This document shows positions 1 to 10,165 of a stretch of 64,000 nt of DNA, one piece after another. The notes below the pieces were generated by a model. That model saw only the letters and a program-made list of their open reading frames with translations, did no database searches and was not told where the DNA came from. How positions within the stretch are numbered: position 1 is the first letter of the stretch; the number at the start of each line of letters is the position of its first letter. The DNA is from Thermodesulfobacteriota bacterium (lineage in GTDB: Bacteria; Desulfobacterota_D; UBA1144; Nemesobacterales; UBA2774), in NCBI GenBank assembly GCA_963422265.1, contig OY729416.1, positions 1,248,001 to 1,312,000 on the forward strand, read 5' to 3'. The position numbers and the translations under genes are program-made.

Positions 1-493
1 ATTGATTTACCATTGAGTTATGAGCAAACTCATTCTTAGCAATAACGATTACCCCTGACGTATCTTTATCTAGCCTGTGCACTATACCCGGCCTAATCCT
101 CCCTCCTATTCCGGAAAGTCCTTTGCACTTGTGCAGCAATGCGTTCACCAGGGTGCCGGTTTTTACACCGGCGCCGGGATGAACAACCATTCCCGCCGGC
201 TTATTAACCACAACAATGTAATCATCTTCAAAAAGTATATTAACGGGGATGTCCTCGGGTAAAACACCAATCGGTTCTGGTGGGAGCATGCTTACTTGGA
301 CCGTCTCACCACCGTCTAATTTCCTCGAGGGCTTTATGGGCATGCCTTCAACCAACACGTTCTTACTTTCAATCAATCTTTTTATCTGAGAGCGCGTATG
401 GCTCAAAAGAAAATGGGACAAAGCAACATCGGCTCTTTCCCCCGCCACCTCAATTGGAACGCGAAACGTTTTCACTCTCTCTTCATCCATCAT
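1..493 (-). CDS. rluD: RluA/RluD-family pseudouridine synthase (3' part runs off window start)
   Basis: Manual translation from ATG at 493: S4-like N-terminus, then VVNKPAGMVVHPGAG...GTLVNALL...RPGIVHRLDKDTSG (catalytic HRLD). Missing from ORF track because truncated. Confidence 0.9.
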   Translation of the reverse strand, partial: MMDEERVKTFRVPIEVAGERADVALSHFLLSHTRSQIKRLIESKNVLVEGMPIKPSRKLDGGETVQVSMLPPEPIGVLPEDIPVNILFEDDYIVVVNKPAGMVVHPGAGVKTGTLVNALLHKCKGLSGIGGRIRPGIVHRLDKDTSGVIVIAKNEFAHNSMVNQ

Positions 494-598
494 TCATCTC
501 CGCCCAGCTTTCTAATCATGTAACCGCTGATCTCGCGTAGCAGCTTGACTGAACTAACTATGAAGCCTCAGTCAAACTGAGTTACAGCCTCAACAAAA

Positions 599-1369
599 TC
601 ACAGCCTCTTTAGTCTAATTAATGGCTTTTTATCCCTTATGACTTTTGAGGCGCTGTCTTGATTGACTGAAATTTCAAGTAGCCCAGAGCTACCTACTAT
701 GGCTAGCATAGCCCCATTTGGAGCATCATTATAAGAATCTGAGATCCTACCGATCTCTAATGTATCAACGCAAACTATGAAGGCGGAAGATAGCAAATCA
801 CTATTTATATTAGTAACCAGATTACCGAATGAATCCGTATAGATTACCTCCCCTATTATCTCGTCCCCGAGAAGCTTAGGCTCAGGAATATCTAATAAGG
901 TAGGGGATTGAACACTTTGTCCTAGCTCATTTATATTGATCCCCAAGGATAAATGCGCCGCTACCGGTGCAAATATATCTCTCCCGTGAAAGGTTTTGCT
1001 CACATCAGGAAGCATATATCTATGGTTTGTAACTTCGACAACGTAAACATCTTCGCTTTCTTCGTATATAAAGGAGAAAACACCGTTATCCGGACCGACA
1101 AAAACACAGCCGTCCGCTTTAACGGCAATAGGTTTTCTTGTGCTTCCGACACCTGGATCAACAACCACTACGTGGACAGTTCCATTGGGATAGTAACCGT
1201 AAAAACTGCTAAGGATAAAAGCCCCTTCAAAAACGTTGTATTTGGTAACCTCATGGGTGACGTCGGCAACTATCGTATCGGGATTTATCCCATAGATAAC
1301 GCCTTTCATAGAACCCACGTAATGGTCTTTAGTCCCAAAATCCGTTGTTAGGGTTATTATACTCTTCAA
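599..1369 (-). CDS. SAM hydrolase / SAM-dependent halogenase family (DUF62)
   Basis: IITLTTDFG, VVVVDPGVGS, GPDNG, TFHGRDIFAP, DSFGNLVTN motifs. Confidence 0.9.
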   Translation of the reverse strand: MKSIITLTTDFGTKDHYVGSMKGVIYGINPDTIVADVTHEVTKYNVFEGAFILSSFYGYYPNGTVHVVVVDPGVGSTRKPIAVKADGCVFVGPDNGVFSFIYEESEDVYVVEVTNHRYMLPDVSKTFHGRDIFAPVAAHLSLGININELGQSVQSPTLLDIPEPKLLGDEIIGEVIYTDSFGNLVTNINSDLLSSAFIVCVDTLEIGRISDSYNDAPNGAMLAIVGSSGLLEISVNQDSASKVIRDKKPLIRLKRL

Positions 1370-1523
1370 GTAGATTCGCCTTTTATCTCTAGCGGTAAAG
1401 CACTTACGGATTAAAATAGCTTAATTTCCCCAGATTGGTAAATTAAGCTAACATGCCCTAACCCAAGTTGCGCAACGCTTACAACTGCGAGGGGTAACAA
1501 CAAAGGTGATGCTGATAAATCCC

Positions 1524-2312
1524 TTATATGTAATTGCCACCGTCTTTATAAGCATCGCTAATTCGCTCATATGCTAAGCGAGCTGCATTCTTTCTCGTAA
1601 TCTCAGTACTACCCCTTACAACCTCAAGCTCTTCAAACTCAACTAGAATAGTTTTAACCTCTAGCATCCTGAAAAAATGACTAAAGAAACTCGCTTCCCC
1701 GTAAAAGAAAACAGCATCTCTACTTTCTCTATCTATGTAAGCACCATTTACCTTTTTATATCTCAAACATACGGGCAATATATCGATGCGAGATTTTACG
1801 GCGGGATGAAAGAACGAGGTCTTAAAATTCAATATCCCATCGCCGTTTGAAGTCGTTCCTTCTGGAAAGAGCGTTACGCTTAAACCCATGTTCAACGTAT
1901 CCGATATATCACCCACGTTTTCCAACAACTTGCTTTTGTTTCTTCTCTCAACAAATATGGCACCTGAATACCTCGTAATCGTGCCAAGGACAAATTGTTC
2001 CGTCAGTTCTGAATTAGCGATAAATACCGAAGGGGCAATGGAGCAAATCACGAAGACATCCGTATATGAAAGATGGTTAGATACAATAAAATACTGCCCT
2101 TCTTGTCTAATTAGCTTATCAAGGTTTTTTGCCTTGACCTCTACCCCCAAAATAATAAGGACTAACCTGGAAAAGAAGGACGTAATTCTTGAGAAATATC
2201 TAAGTTTTTCTCTACGACCCACTGCAACGTCAACGAGGAAAGAAACAGCCAAAAAAATGATTACAAGAAAAAACAAGATAATAGCCTTTATGGATTTTCT
2301 TGTTAGGATCAT
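1524..2312 (-). CDS. Lysophospholipid acyltransferase (PlsC-like)
   Basis: SNHLSYTD (HxxxxD) and FPEGTTS motifs; N-terminal TM helix. Confidence 0.88.
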   Translation of the reverse strand: MILTRKSIKAIILFFLVIIFLAVSFLVDVAVGRREKLRYFSRITSFFSRLVLIILGVEVKAKNLDKLIRQEGQYFIVSNHLSYTDVFVICSIAPSVFIANSELTEQFVLGTITRYSGAIFVERRNKSKLLENVGDISDTLNMGLSVTLFPEGTTSNGDGILNFKTSFFHPAVKSRIDILPVCLRYKKVNGAYIDRESRDAVFFYGEASFFSHFFRMLEVKTILVEFEELEVVRGSTEITRKNAARLAYERISDAYKDGGNYI

Positions 2313-2390
2313 TATTTGCTCTGTTTACTGACAACGCAGATGGATTTACCTCTGGACATAATCTACTTTATTTAAGTAAAAGCGTCTAAA

Positions 2391-3506
2391 ATGAACCAGA
2401 TTTCCAAAATAATAAAATCAAGGATACAAAATTCAGGTCCAATTACATTCGCGGATTTTATGGAACTTGCGCTTTATCATCCCGAGCACGGCTATTACGC
2501 ATCTGGAAAGGTCCGCTTTGGCAAAGATGGAGACTTTTACACAAGTCCATACGTTCACAATGCTTTCGGTCAGATCATAGCAGGATTTATTGTGAAAAGC
2601 AGGGAAGCAATAGGAGGAACAAGTATTTCCATACTGGAACTTGGGGCTGGGAAAGGATACTTAGCGCTAGATGCACTGGATACCCTCAGAAACAACTACC
2701 CTGAATGCTATGAAAAAGTCTTCTACGCCGTGGTTGAAGGTAGCTCGGAGCTTATAAAGGCATCTAAGAACGTGTTAAAAGAGCATCAGCATAAAATACA
2801 ATGGTACTCTTCCATTGATAAATTAGAAGGATGCTCTATCACGGGTGTCATCGTGTCAAACGAATTATTCGACTCGCTCCCTTTTCATAGAATGATATTT
2901 CAAGGAGGATCCCCGATTGAAATATATGTATCTACAAAAGACAACGAATTTGTTGAAATAATGGATATTGCCAGCAGTGAAGAGCTTATTGAGTATTTAG
3001 GCGGAATAGATTTAGTAGAAAGTCAGGAAATTGAAATAAACCTAGAGGCTAAAAAATGGTATGAGAAATTAGGCAAGATTCTAGCAAAGGGATTTGTCCT
3101 TACTATAGATTACGGTTATCTAGCAGGGGAATTATTCAGCCCAAAGAGAATGAAAGGTACGTATAAAAGTCTTTACAGGAATTCAATAAACGAAGACGTC
3201 TATTCCAATATAGGAGAGCGGGATATTACGGCTCACGTCGATTTTAGCAATCTCATCAAGCTAGGGCAGTCTCATGGCTTGAATAAGTTTATCTATACGA
3301 CGCAGGGACAGTTTCTAATTGACTGGGGAATACTTACCGCTATTGAAAGAGAGAAAGACTATAGAAAAAGAATGGCAATAAAGAACCTATTTTTACCAGA
3401 ATCAATGGGAGATAGCTTTAAGGTTCTCTTGCAAGAGAAGGGGATAAACAACTTTGAAGATTTTTATCAGGCGTCCCCATTCAAGATCAGTTTTAATATA
3501 TCGTAG
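2391..3506 (+). CDS. SAM-dependent methyltransferase, MidA/NDUFAF7 family
   Basis: FADFMELALYHP..GYY, GDFYTSP, LELGAGKG, SNELFDSLP, IDYG, DITAHVDF. Confidence 0.9.
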   Translation: MNQISKIIKSRIQNSGPITFADFMELALYHPEHGYYASGKVRFGKDGDFYTSPYVHNAFGQIIAGFIVKSREAIGGTSISILELGAGKGYLALDALDTLRNNYPECYEKVFYAVVEGSSELIKASKNVLKEHQHKIQWYSSIDKLEGCSITGVIVSNELFDSLPFHRMIFQGGSPIEIYVSTKDNEFVEIMDIASSEELIEYLGGIDLVESQEIEINLEAKKWYEKLGKILAKGFVLTIDYGYLAGELFSPKRMKGTYKSLYRNSINEDVYSNIGERDITAHVDFSNLIKLGQSHGLNKFIYTTQGQFLIDWGILTAIEREKDYRKRMAIKNLFLPESMGDSFKVLLQEKGINNFEDFYQASPFKISFNIS

Positions 3507-3584
3507 CATCTTGCTCCCATGCAGTAGTTTAGTTATGATACAAACACTCAAAGGTAGAAATACAAAATTTAAGGAGTATAGCTT

Positions 3585-4751
3585 ATGAGTGTGAAATGGG
3601 CTAAGAGAATCTCGGAGCTTCCACCCTACCTATTCGCTGAAATAGACGCAAAGAAGAATGAAATGAAAGGCAAAGGAGTGGATGTAATAGATCTAGGCGT
3701 TGGAGATCCTGATATTCCTACGCCGTCTCATATAATAGAGGCTTTGAAAAAAGCGTCTGAAGATCAGGCAAATCACAGGTATCCATCTTATGAAGGTATG
3801 CTTTCTTTTCGCCAAGCGGTTGCCGATTGGTATAAAGAAAGGTTTGATGTTGAACTGGATCCCGAGACGGAAGTCGTTGCCTTAATAGGCTCTAAGGAGG
3901 GTATAGCCCATACACCTCTTGCTTTTCTTGATCCTGGAGACGTAGGGCTGTTCCCGGATCCGGGTTACCCCGTGTACCCTACCTCAATCAGTTTTGCAGG
4001 GGCAACCCCCTATGCAATGCCTCTTCTCGAACAGAATGAATTTCTACCTGACCTTGCCTCCATATCCGAAGACATCAAAACTAAAGCGCGGATAATGTTC
4101 TTGAATTATCCGAATAACCCAACGACTGCCGTAGCGGGAGAGTCTTTTTTTAAGGAAGCCGTAAACTTTGCCGCGGATAATAATATACTCATCTGTCACG
4201 ACGCCGCCTACACTGAGATCGCTTATGATGGATATAATCCCCTTAGTTTGCTACAAATTGATGGAGCCAAAGAGGTGGCAATAGAGTTTCACTCTCTTTC
4301 CAAGACTTTTAACATGACAGGGTGGAGAATAGGCTTTGCCGTAGGGAATAAAAGGGCTCTGGGTGGTTTAGGAAAAATAAAAACAAATATAGATTCTGGA
4401 GCCTTTCAGGCGGTCCAGCATGCCGGAATAGAGGCGCTAAAGAATTATAAAGTCGGGCTTGACGCAAGAAAAAAGATTTTTGAGCAAAGACGTGACATAT
4501 TCTGCAAGGGGCTGGACGAAGCCGGGTTTAGATACAATAAACCCCTAGCTACCTTCTATGTTTGGTTCAAAACCCCCGAAGGTGTTTCTTCAAAAGAGTT
4601 CTCTTCTCAACTCTTGACTGAAGCTGGTATTGTAGTAACCCCCGGTAACGGTTTTGGAAATTATGGAGAGGGCTATGCTCGCGTTTCCACCACTTTTAGC
4701 ACGGAAAGAATCGTTCAAGCCGTAGATAGACTAAAAGAAGCGAAGTTCTAA
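3585..4751 (+). CDS. dapL: LL-diaminopimelate aminotransferase (class I PLP aminotransferase)
   Basis: LPPYLFAEID, IDLGVGDPD, LNYPNNPT, HSLSKTFNMTGWRIG; AAGGAG RBS. Confidence 0.82.
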   Translation: MSVKWAKRISELPPYLFAEIDAKKNEMKGKGVDVIDLGVGDPDIPTPSHIIEALKKASEDQANHRYPSYEGMLSFRQAVADWYKERFDVELDPETEVVALIGSKEGIAHTPLAFLDPGDVGLFPDPGYPVYPTSISFAGATPYAMPLLEQNEFLPDLASISEDIKTKARIMFLNYPNNPTTAVAGESFFKEAVNFAADNNILICHDAAYTEIAYDGYNPLSLLQIDGAKEVAIEFHSLSKTFNMTGWRIGFAVGNKRALGGLGKIKTNIDSGAFQAVQHAGIEALKNYKVGLDARKKIFEQRRDIFCKGLDEAGFRYNKPLATFYVWFKTPEGVSSKEFSSQLLTEAGIVVTPGNGFGNYGEGYARVSTTFSTERIVQAVDRLKEAKF

Positions 4752-4752
4752 A

Positions 4753-6208
4753 GTGGAATATTTAATTTCCGGCTCTAAAATCGTATTGGCAACAATATAT
4801 TTTCTGTCCCTTACGCTTCTTTGCATATATGGTATTGAACGCTACTACCTTTGCTACATATACAGAAGAGATAAGTATAAGAAACCCGTTCCTAAAAATA
4901 AGCTCGCAAACCTCCCGGTCGTAACAGTTCAGCTCCCTATCTACAATGAAATGCACGTGGTAAAAAGGCTTATAGAATCAGCCTGCGATATGAATTATCC
5001 AAAGGATCTACTGGAAATTCAGGTTTTGGATGATTCTACGGATAAAACGGTGGAGATAGCAGCAGGATGCGTGAACGAATATAAAAAGAGAGACGTTGAT
5101 ATAAAGCATATGCATAGGGAAAATAGAGAAGGGTTTAAGGCGGGAGCCCTAAAAGATGGACTTAAAAGCGCCAGGGGGGAGTTAATCGCTATATTTGACG
5201 CTGATTTTATACCACCTGAAGATTTTTTAAGGAAAACAGTGGATTTCTTTTACGACCCCAAAGTTGGAGGGGTTCAAGCAAGATGGGGGCATATAAATAA
5301 GGATTACTCAACGTTGACTAAGGCTCAGTCCATTCTCTTGGACGGGCACTTTATTATTGAACAGACGGTCAGGTTTAACAATGGAATGTTTTTTAACTTC
5401 AATGGAACCGCCGGCGTTCTCAGAAAGAAATGCGTGGAATCCGCTGGGGGCTGGCAGCACGATACGCTTACGGAGGACTTGACCTCAGCTACAGAGCCCA
5501 ACTGGCTGGCTGGAAACTAATATACCTCAGAGACGTGATTGTTGATGCTGAGCTTCCGGTGGATATGAAGCCTTCAAATCTCAACAACACCGCTGGGTAA
5601 AGGGGGGAGTGCAAACCGCGCTGAAAATCCTGCCTCGCATATTAGTTAGAAACGATCTTCCTATCAAAATAAAATCTGAAGCGGTCTTCCACCTTCTTGG
5701 GCTCGGTTTCCTATGACCTACTTTTGGCATTCAATAGGCATGGGCAAGACTATACTCCTAAATCTTTTAGCCGTATCCATTGGTACCATGAGTTTCATTA
5801 TCTTCTTAAAGTTACGGTGAGAGAAATACGAAAACTGGCAGGAAAGAAAATACGTTCCCTTGCAATTTCAGTTGGGATTGGCGGAAGCCAAAGCCGCTCT
5901 CGGGGCGCTCTTGGGTAAAGATCGGAGTTTAAACGCACGCCGAAATTCGCTCATCAAGCGGCTCAGGAGATTCGCCAACTGACTGGTGCTCAAGAAGCTA
6001 CGTGCCAACTACGGCTTTGGCGGAAGTCTCTTTAGGCATGATATTTTTCGCTCAGACAATTTATGTTATATACGCAGGCTACGTCTTAGGCGAGTTCAGC
6101 CGATTCATCGGCTGGATTCCATTTCTTCTTCTTATTCAGTCCGGCTTTTTATACGTCGGTTTTCTTGCAATACGTCATAGCTCTAAGAAAGCACTCTCAG
6201 AACACTAG
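4753..6208 (+). pseudogene. Frameshifted GT2 (cellulose-synthase-like) glycosyltransferase
   Basis: Intact to HDTLTEDL (~5480); continues in another frame as DLSYRAQLAGWK..AELPVDM, shifts again at ~5569 to AFKSQQHRWVKG (QxxRW); later fragments SEFKRTPKF and C-terminal TM helices (6002-6208) lie in further frames. Confidence 0.85.
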
Positions 6209-6228
6209 GAAACGGGATTGAGGAAAAA

Positions 6229-6987
6229 ATGAAAGTATGCGCGCTCGCCAGTGGTAGCTCTGGAAATTCTCTATACGTAGAAACGGAACACGCTAAGATA
6301 CTAGTTGACGCCGGTATTAGCCTAAGGCAAATAAATAGAAGGTTAAATAAGCTAAATGTTGACGTATCAGAAATAGATGCCGTCATTATTACGCATGAGC
6401 ACTCAGATCACACCGCCGCCGTTTCCAAGGTTCCTATCCCTGTATATGTGGCTTCAGCCACTTCACACCTTTGGTGCGAAAAAGTAAACGAGTTAAAAGA
6501 ATTTGAAAGTGACTCTTCGTTTGCCATAAAAGACCTAACAATTACTCCTTTCTCCGTTCCACACGACTCCCTTGACCCAGTGGGTTTCACTATAGAAACG
6601 GAAAATTATAAAAAAACCGGTATAGTAACCGATATAGGCTCCGTAACCGAACTGGTTAAGGAAAGACTTAAAGGATCCAACATTCTTATTATTGAATTTA
6701 ATCACGATGATGAGATGCTTCGTTCTAGTCATTATCCTTGGGATATAAAACAGAGGATCAAAGGACGACTAGGACATCTCTCTAATGATCAGGCATCCGA
6801 GCTTCTTGAAAGTCTTTTACACAACCGGCTTAGTCACGTAATACTAGCTCACTTAAGTGAGGTGAACAACAGTCTTGAAGCAGCTTTCCAATCCGCAAGT
6901 AAAGCAGTTAAAAAATGGGAGACAGGTTTGGACGTAAATATTGTCGTCGCTCCTAAGAAAAAAATAAGCGAGGTAGTGAAGATTTGA
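6229..6987 (+). CDS. MBL-fold metallo-hydrolase (YycJ/WalJ-like)
   Basis: LASGSSGN, LVDAG, THEHSDH, VPHD, GHLSN, LAHLSE. Confidence 0.9.
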   Translation: MKVCALASGSSGNSLYVETEHAKILVDAGISLRQINRRLNKLNVDVSEIDAVIITHEHSDHTAAVSKVPIPVYVASATSHLWCEKVNELKEFESDSSFAIKDLTITPFSVPHDSLDPVGFTIETENYKKTGIVTDIGSVTELVKERLKGSNILIIEFNHDDEMLRSSHYPWDIKQRIKGRLGHLSNDQASELLESLLHNRLSHVILAHLSEVNNSLEAAFQSASKAVKKWETGLDVNIVVAPKKKISEVVKI

Positions 6988-8282
6988 TTTCAAGATATTC
7001 AAGACCCGAAATGGCGTCAATTTGGACTGACGAGGCGAAATATAGAAACTGGCTCCGAGTAGAGATTGCGGTTTGTGAATCATGGGCTAAGTACGGGCGT
7101 ATCCCCAGAGACGCCGTTTCTACTATTAAAAAGCGCGCGGGATTTGACGTGGACAGAATTAATGATCTAGAAAAAGAACTAAAGCACGACGTGATAGCTT
7201 TTCTTACCTCAGTCTCAGAACACGTTGGAGAAGAATCGAGATTTATTCATCTCGGACTAACGTCCTCTGACATATTAGATACCGCGCTTGCGCTCCATCT
7301 TAAGGATTCCTCCTACTTAATAATAAATGACGTCCAAGAGGTTCTTAGCGTATTGGAGAGGCTTGCGTTTGAACATAAGAAGACTCCTATGATAGGAAGA
7401 ACCCACGGGGTTCACGCTGAGCCTAAAACGCTAGGTCTTGTTTTTGCGCTCTGGCACGACGAAATGAACAGAAATCTTAAGCGAGTGAAAAATGCGAAGG
7501 AAGTTATTAGCACAGGCAAGCTCTCGGGTGCAGTGGGAACATTTGCTAATATCCACCCTGAAATTGAAGAGGAAGCGTGCAAACTGCTTGGGCTTAGACC
7601 CGCTGCTATTTCTACTCAGATTATTCAAAGAGATATACACGCCGAGTTTTTTCTTACGCTGTCTATAGTAGCGTCAACGATAGAAAAGATAGCGGTTGAG
7701 ATAAGACACTTTCAGAGAACCGAGGTTCTTGAGCTTGAAGAGCCATTTAGAGAAGGACAAAAAGGCTCGTCAGCTATGCCGCACAAGAGAAACCCAATAC
7801 TCTCAGAAAACTTATGCGGTCTTTCAAGACTCGTGCGTTCCTACGCCGTATCGGCGCTTGAAAACGTTCCGCTATGGCATGAACGCGACATTAGCCACTC
7901 TTCGGTAGAAAGGATAATATGCCCTGACAGCGTTATTCTTATCGATTTTATGCTGAATAGGCTGAAGTCACTGCTAGAAGGCTTACAGATTTACCCTGGA
8001 AACATGGAAAAAAACATAGGGCTTACCCGGGGACTCATATTTTCACAAAAGGTCTTACTCAAACTTATAGACAAGGGTATATCAAGGGAAGACGCATATA
8101 GGCTAGTTCAGGACAATGCAATGAAAACATGGAAGGGTAAAGATGATTTTAAGACCCTTTTACTAAGGGACGATCGTATAAATGAGCTCTTGTCAGTAGA
8201 CGACTTAGAAGAGTGTTTCAACATAACTGCTGACTTCAAAAACATTGACTACATTTATGAAAGGGTTTTTGACAAGTCTTAA
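6984..8282 (+). CDS. purB: Adenylosuccinate lyase
   Basis: ISRYSRPEM, HLGLTSSD, GRTHGVHAEP, GSSAMPHKRNP, LWHERDISHSS; TTG start overlapping upstream stop. Confidence 0.97.
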   Translation: MISRYSRPEMASIWTDEAKYRNWLRVEIAVCESWAKYGRIPRDAVSTIKKRAGFDVDRINDLEKELKHDVIAFLTSVSEHVGEESRFIHLGLTSSDILDTALALHLKDSSYLIINDVQEVLSVLERLAFEHKKTPMIGRTHGVHAEPKTLGLVFALWHDEMNRNLKRVKNAKEVISTGKLSGAVGTFANIHPEIEEEACKLLGLRPAAISTQIIQRDIHAEFFLTLSIVASTIEKIAVEIRHFQRTEVLELEEPFREGQKGSSAMPHKRNPILSENLCGLSRLVRSYAVSALENVPLWHERDISHSSVERIICPDSVILIDFMLNRLKSLLEGLQIYPGNMEKNIGLTRGLIFSQKVLLKLIDKGISREDAYRLVQDNAMKTWKGKDDFKTLLLRDDRINELLSVDDLEECFNITADFKNIDYIYERVFDKS

Positions 8283-8413
8283 GACGAGCTCAGGTGAGAA
8301 GAAAGACTTTGAAATAACTTCAGAATGAGATGCGCGCCTTACACAAGGGTCTCCCTTGTTTTCCGCCCCACCGGTGTTATCGTTATGTTAGTCAAGAGAT
8401 GAGGAGATAAGCA

Positions 8414-9562
8414 ATGAAATTCAAGACTGCCGTATTGGCTGCGCTAACTTTATCTTTCCTTATGGTGGGCATCCAAGCCTGTGCTGAGGACACGCCAAAG
8501 CAAGAGTTCAGGAAAATATCAATACAAGAGGCTGAAAGATTACAAAAGTTTTTCAAGAATAAATTCCTCTCCAACGCGCCCCCGGACGTTACAGCCGAGG
8601 TAACAGGATTTGAAGCAACGGCTATTAAAAGCTTAAAAGCTGGAAAACTCTCCGTCAAAGGTTCACATAGCTCAGATGATTTAGATTTCGTCACAACAAC
8701 GGATGGAAAGTACCTAGCGTTCGGAAGGTTAGCCGATGCTAAGACTGCTGAAGATACACCCATTGAAAATATAAAAAGACTATCTATTTCCGTAGGAGCA
8801 GATTCTATACATATACTCGTAACTGCAGATGGAAAACACCTAATAATTGAGGGAAATACCATAGTAAGCGTCGCGGAACTTGAGGATGCAGAGCTAACGG
8901 GAATGAAAAAAAGCTCCTTTCCTACCCGGAGAGATAACTTTCAGATGCCTATAATAGTGAGTGACGATGGTCGATATCTATTAGTAAGCGAAGTTTATGA
9001 CACAACCATTGACGCTCACGAGGAAACAATGAAAAAAATATCGCTCAACGATGTTCCCACTAAGGGATTCAAAAACGCAAAAGTAACGGTAGTTGAGTAT
9101 TCCGATTTTCAGTGTCCATTCTGCAAGAGAGGAAAGGATATGCTGATAGACATATTGAAATCTTATAAAGGAAAAATAAAGATTGTCTATAAGCAAATGC
9201 CCCTTCCTAATCACAACTGGGCTAGACAGGCTTCAATAGCATCGATATGTGCGTACCAACAGGAAAACGAAAAGTTTTGGGGATTTCACGATATGGTATT
9301 TGACAATCAGCAAAACATAAAATTAGAAAACGCTAAGGAAACATTTAACAACTACGCCAGAGGCTTGGGACTGGACGTAAAACAATTCGACTCCTGTCTT
9401 AACTCTAAAGAGTCCATGACTAAGGTGGAGAACGAGATGGCTGAAGCTAAATCAATAGGGATTTCTTCAACCCCAACTTTTGTCGTCAACGGCATAATGG
9501 TTTCAGGGGCAGATACCGAGAGACTCAAATCAGCTATTGAAACAAAGCTTAGGGACACGTAA
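8414..9562 (+). CDS. Exported DsbA/DsbC-family thiol-disulfide oxidoreductase
   Basis: Signal peptide; VVEYSDFQCPFC active site; GISSTPTFVVNG cis-Pro loop. Confidence 0.88.
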   Translation: MKFKTAVLAALTLSFLMVGIQACAEDTPKQEFRKISIQEAERLQKFFKNKFLSNAPPDVTAEVTGFEATAIKSLKAGKLSVKGSHSSDDLDFVTTTDGKYLAFGRLADAKTAEDTPIENIKRLSISVGADSIHILVTADGKHLIIEGNTIVSVAELEDAELTGMKKSSFPTRRDNFQMPIIVSDDGRYLLVSEVYDTTIDAHEETMKKISLNDVPTKGFKNAKVTVVEYSDFQCPFCKRGKDMLIDILKSYKGKIKIVYKQMPLPNHNWARQASIASICAYQQENEKFWGFHDMVFDNQQNIKLENAKETFNNYARGLGLDVKQFDSCLNSKESMTKVENEMAEAKSIGISSTPTFVVNGIMVSGADTERLKSAIETKLRDT

Positions 9563-9695
9563 AAGCTACTTTGCAGGACTGTAACTATTGGCTTTTTTCC
9601 ATCCCTTCCCAAAAACTAGATTTTGGGCTTCGTTCTAAATAATATAATAGTAAAGGATAAGCACGCTGCAATAAGAAAAGAGAATAACAATACAG

Positions 9696-10163
9696 ATGAC
9701 TCAAAAAAAAGTTACTCTTAACCTCACCGGAGCGCCGACGTTTATCCTAGCAGGTTTCGTATCTCGCTCAATCGCATTCTTTATAGATTTAATGCTTATC
9801 TTCACGATTGTATTTTTAACAATAGTATCAGGTGGCTATTTCCTTAAGGACTACGATATTAACTTATATTCTCTGCCAAAGCTGTTCCACTCTCTCTTTT
9901 TCCTTTTAACCTTTTTAGCCTCTGCCTATTTTGTTCTTCTTCATAGCTTTGAGGGACAAACTATAGGTAAAATGCTTTTACGCATAAGGTTGATAACGGA
10001 TAAAGGTAGCCTTGTAGGTCCTCGGGAAGCATTTATTCGGTGGTTAGGCTATTACATGTCTCTTACCTTTATATTTATAGGTTTCATTGTAGCACTATTC
10101 GACCCCAAGCGTCAAACGTGGCATGATAAGATCGCAAACACCTTTGTTATAAAAGATAAATAG
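9696..10163 (+). CDS. RDD-family membrane protein
   Basis: AGFVSRSIAFFID, GQTIGKMLLRI, RQTWHDKIANTFV. Confidence 0.9.
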   Translation: MTQKKVTLNLTGAPTFILAGFVSRSIAFFIDLMLIFTIVFLTIVSGGYFLKDYDINLYSLPKLFHSLFFLLTFLASAYFVLLHSFEGQTIGKMLLRIRLITDKGSLVGPREAFIRWLGYYMSLTFIFIGFIVALFDPKRQTWHDKIANTFVIKDK

Positions 10164-10165
10164 CT

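Noticed and set aside
545-1450. Inverted repeats TTGACTGA/TCAGTCAA (545-575) and TAGCTTAATTT/AAATTAAGCTA (1417-1450)
   Set aside because: Real but single-copy, without U-tract or recognisable regulator; function cannot be assigned.
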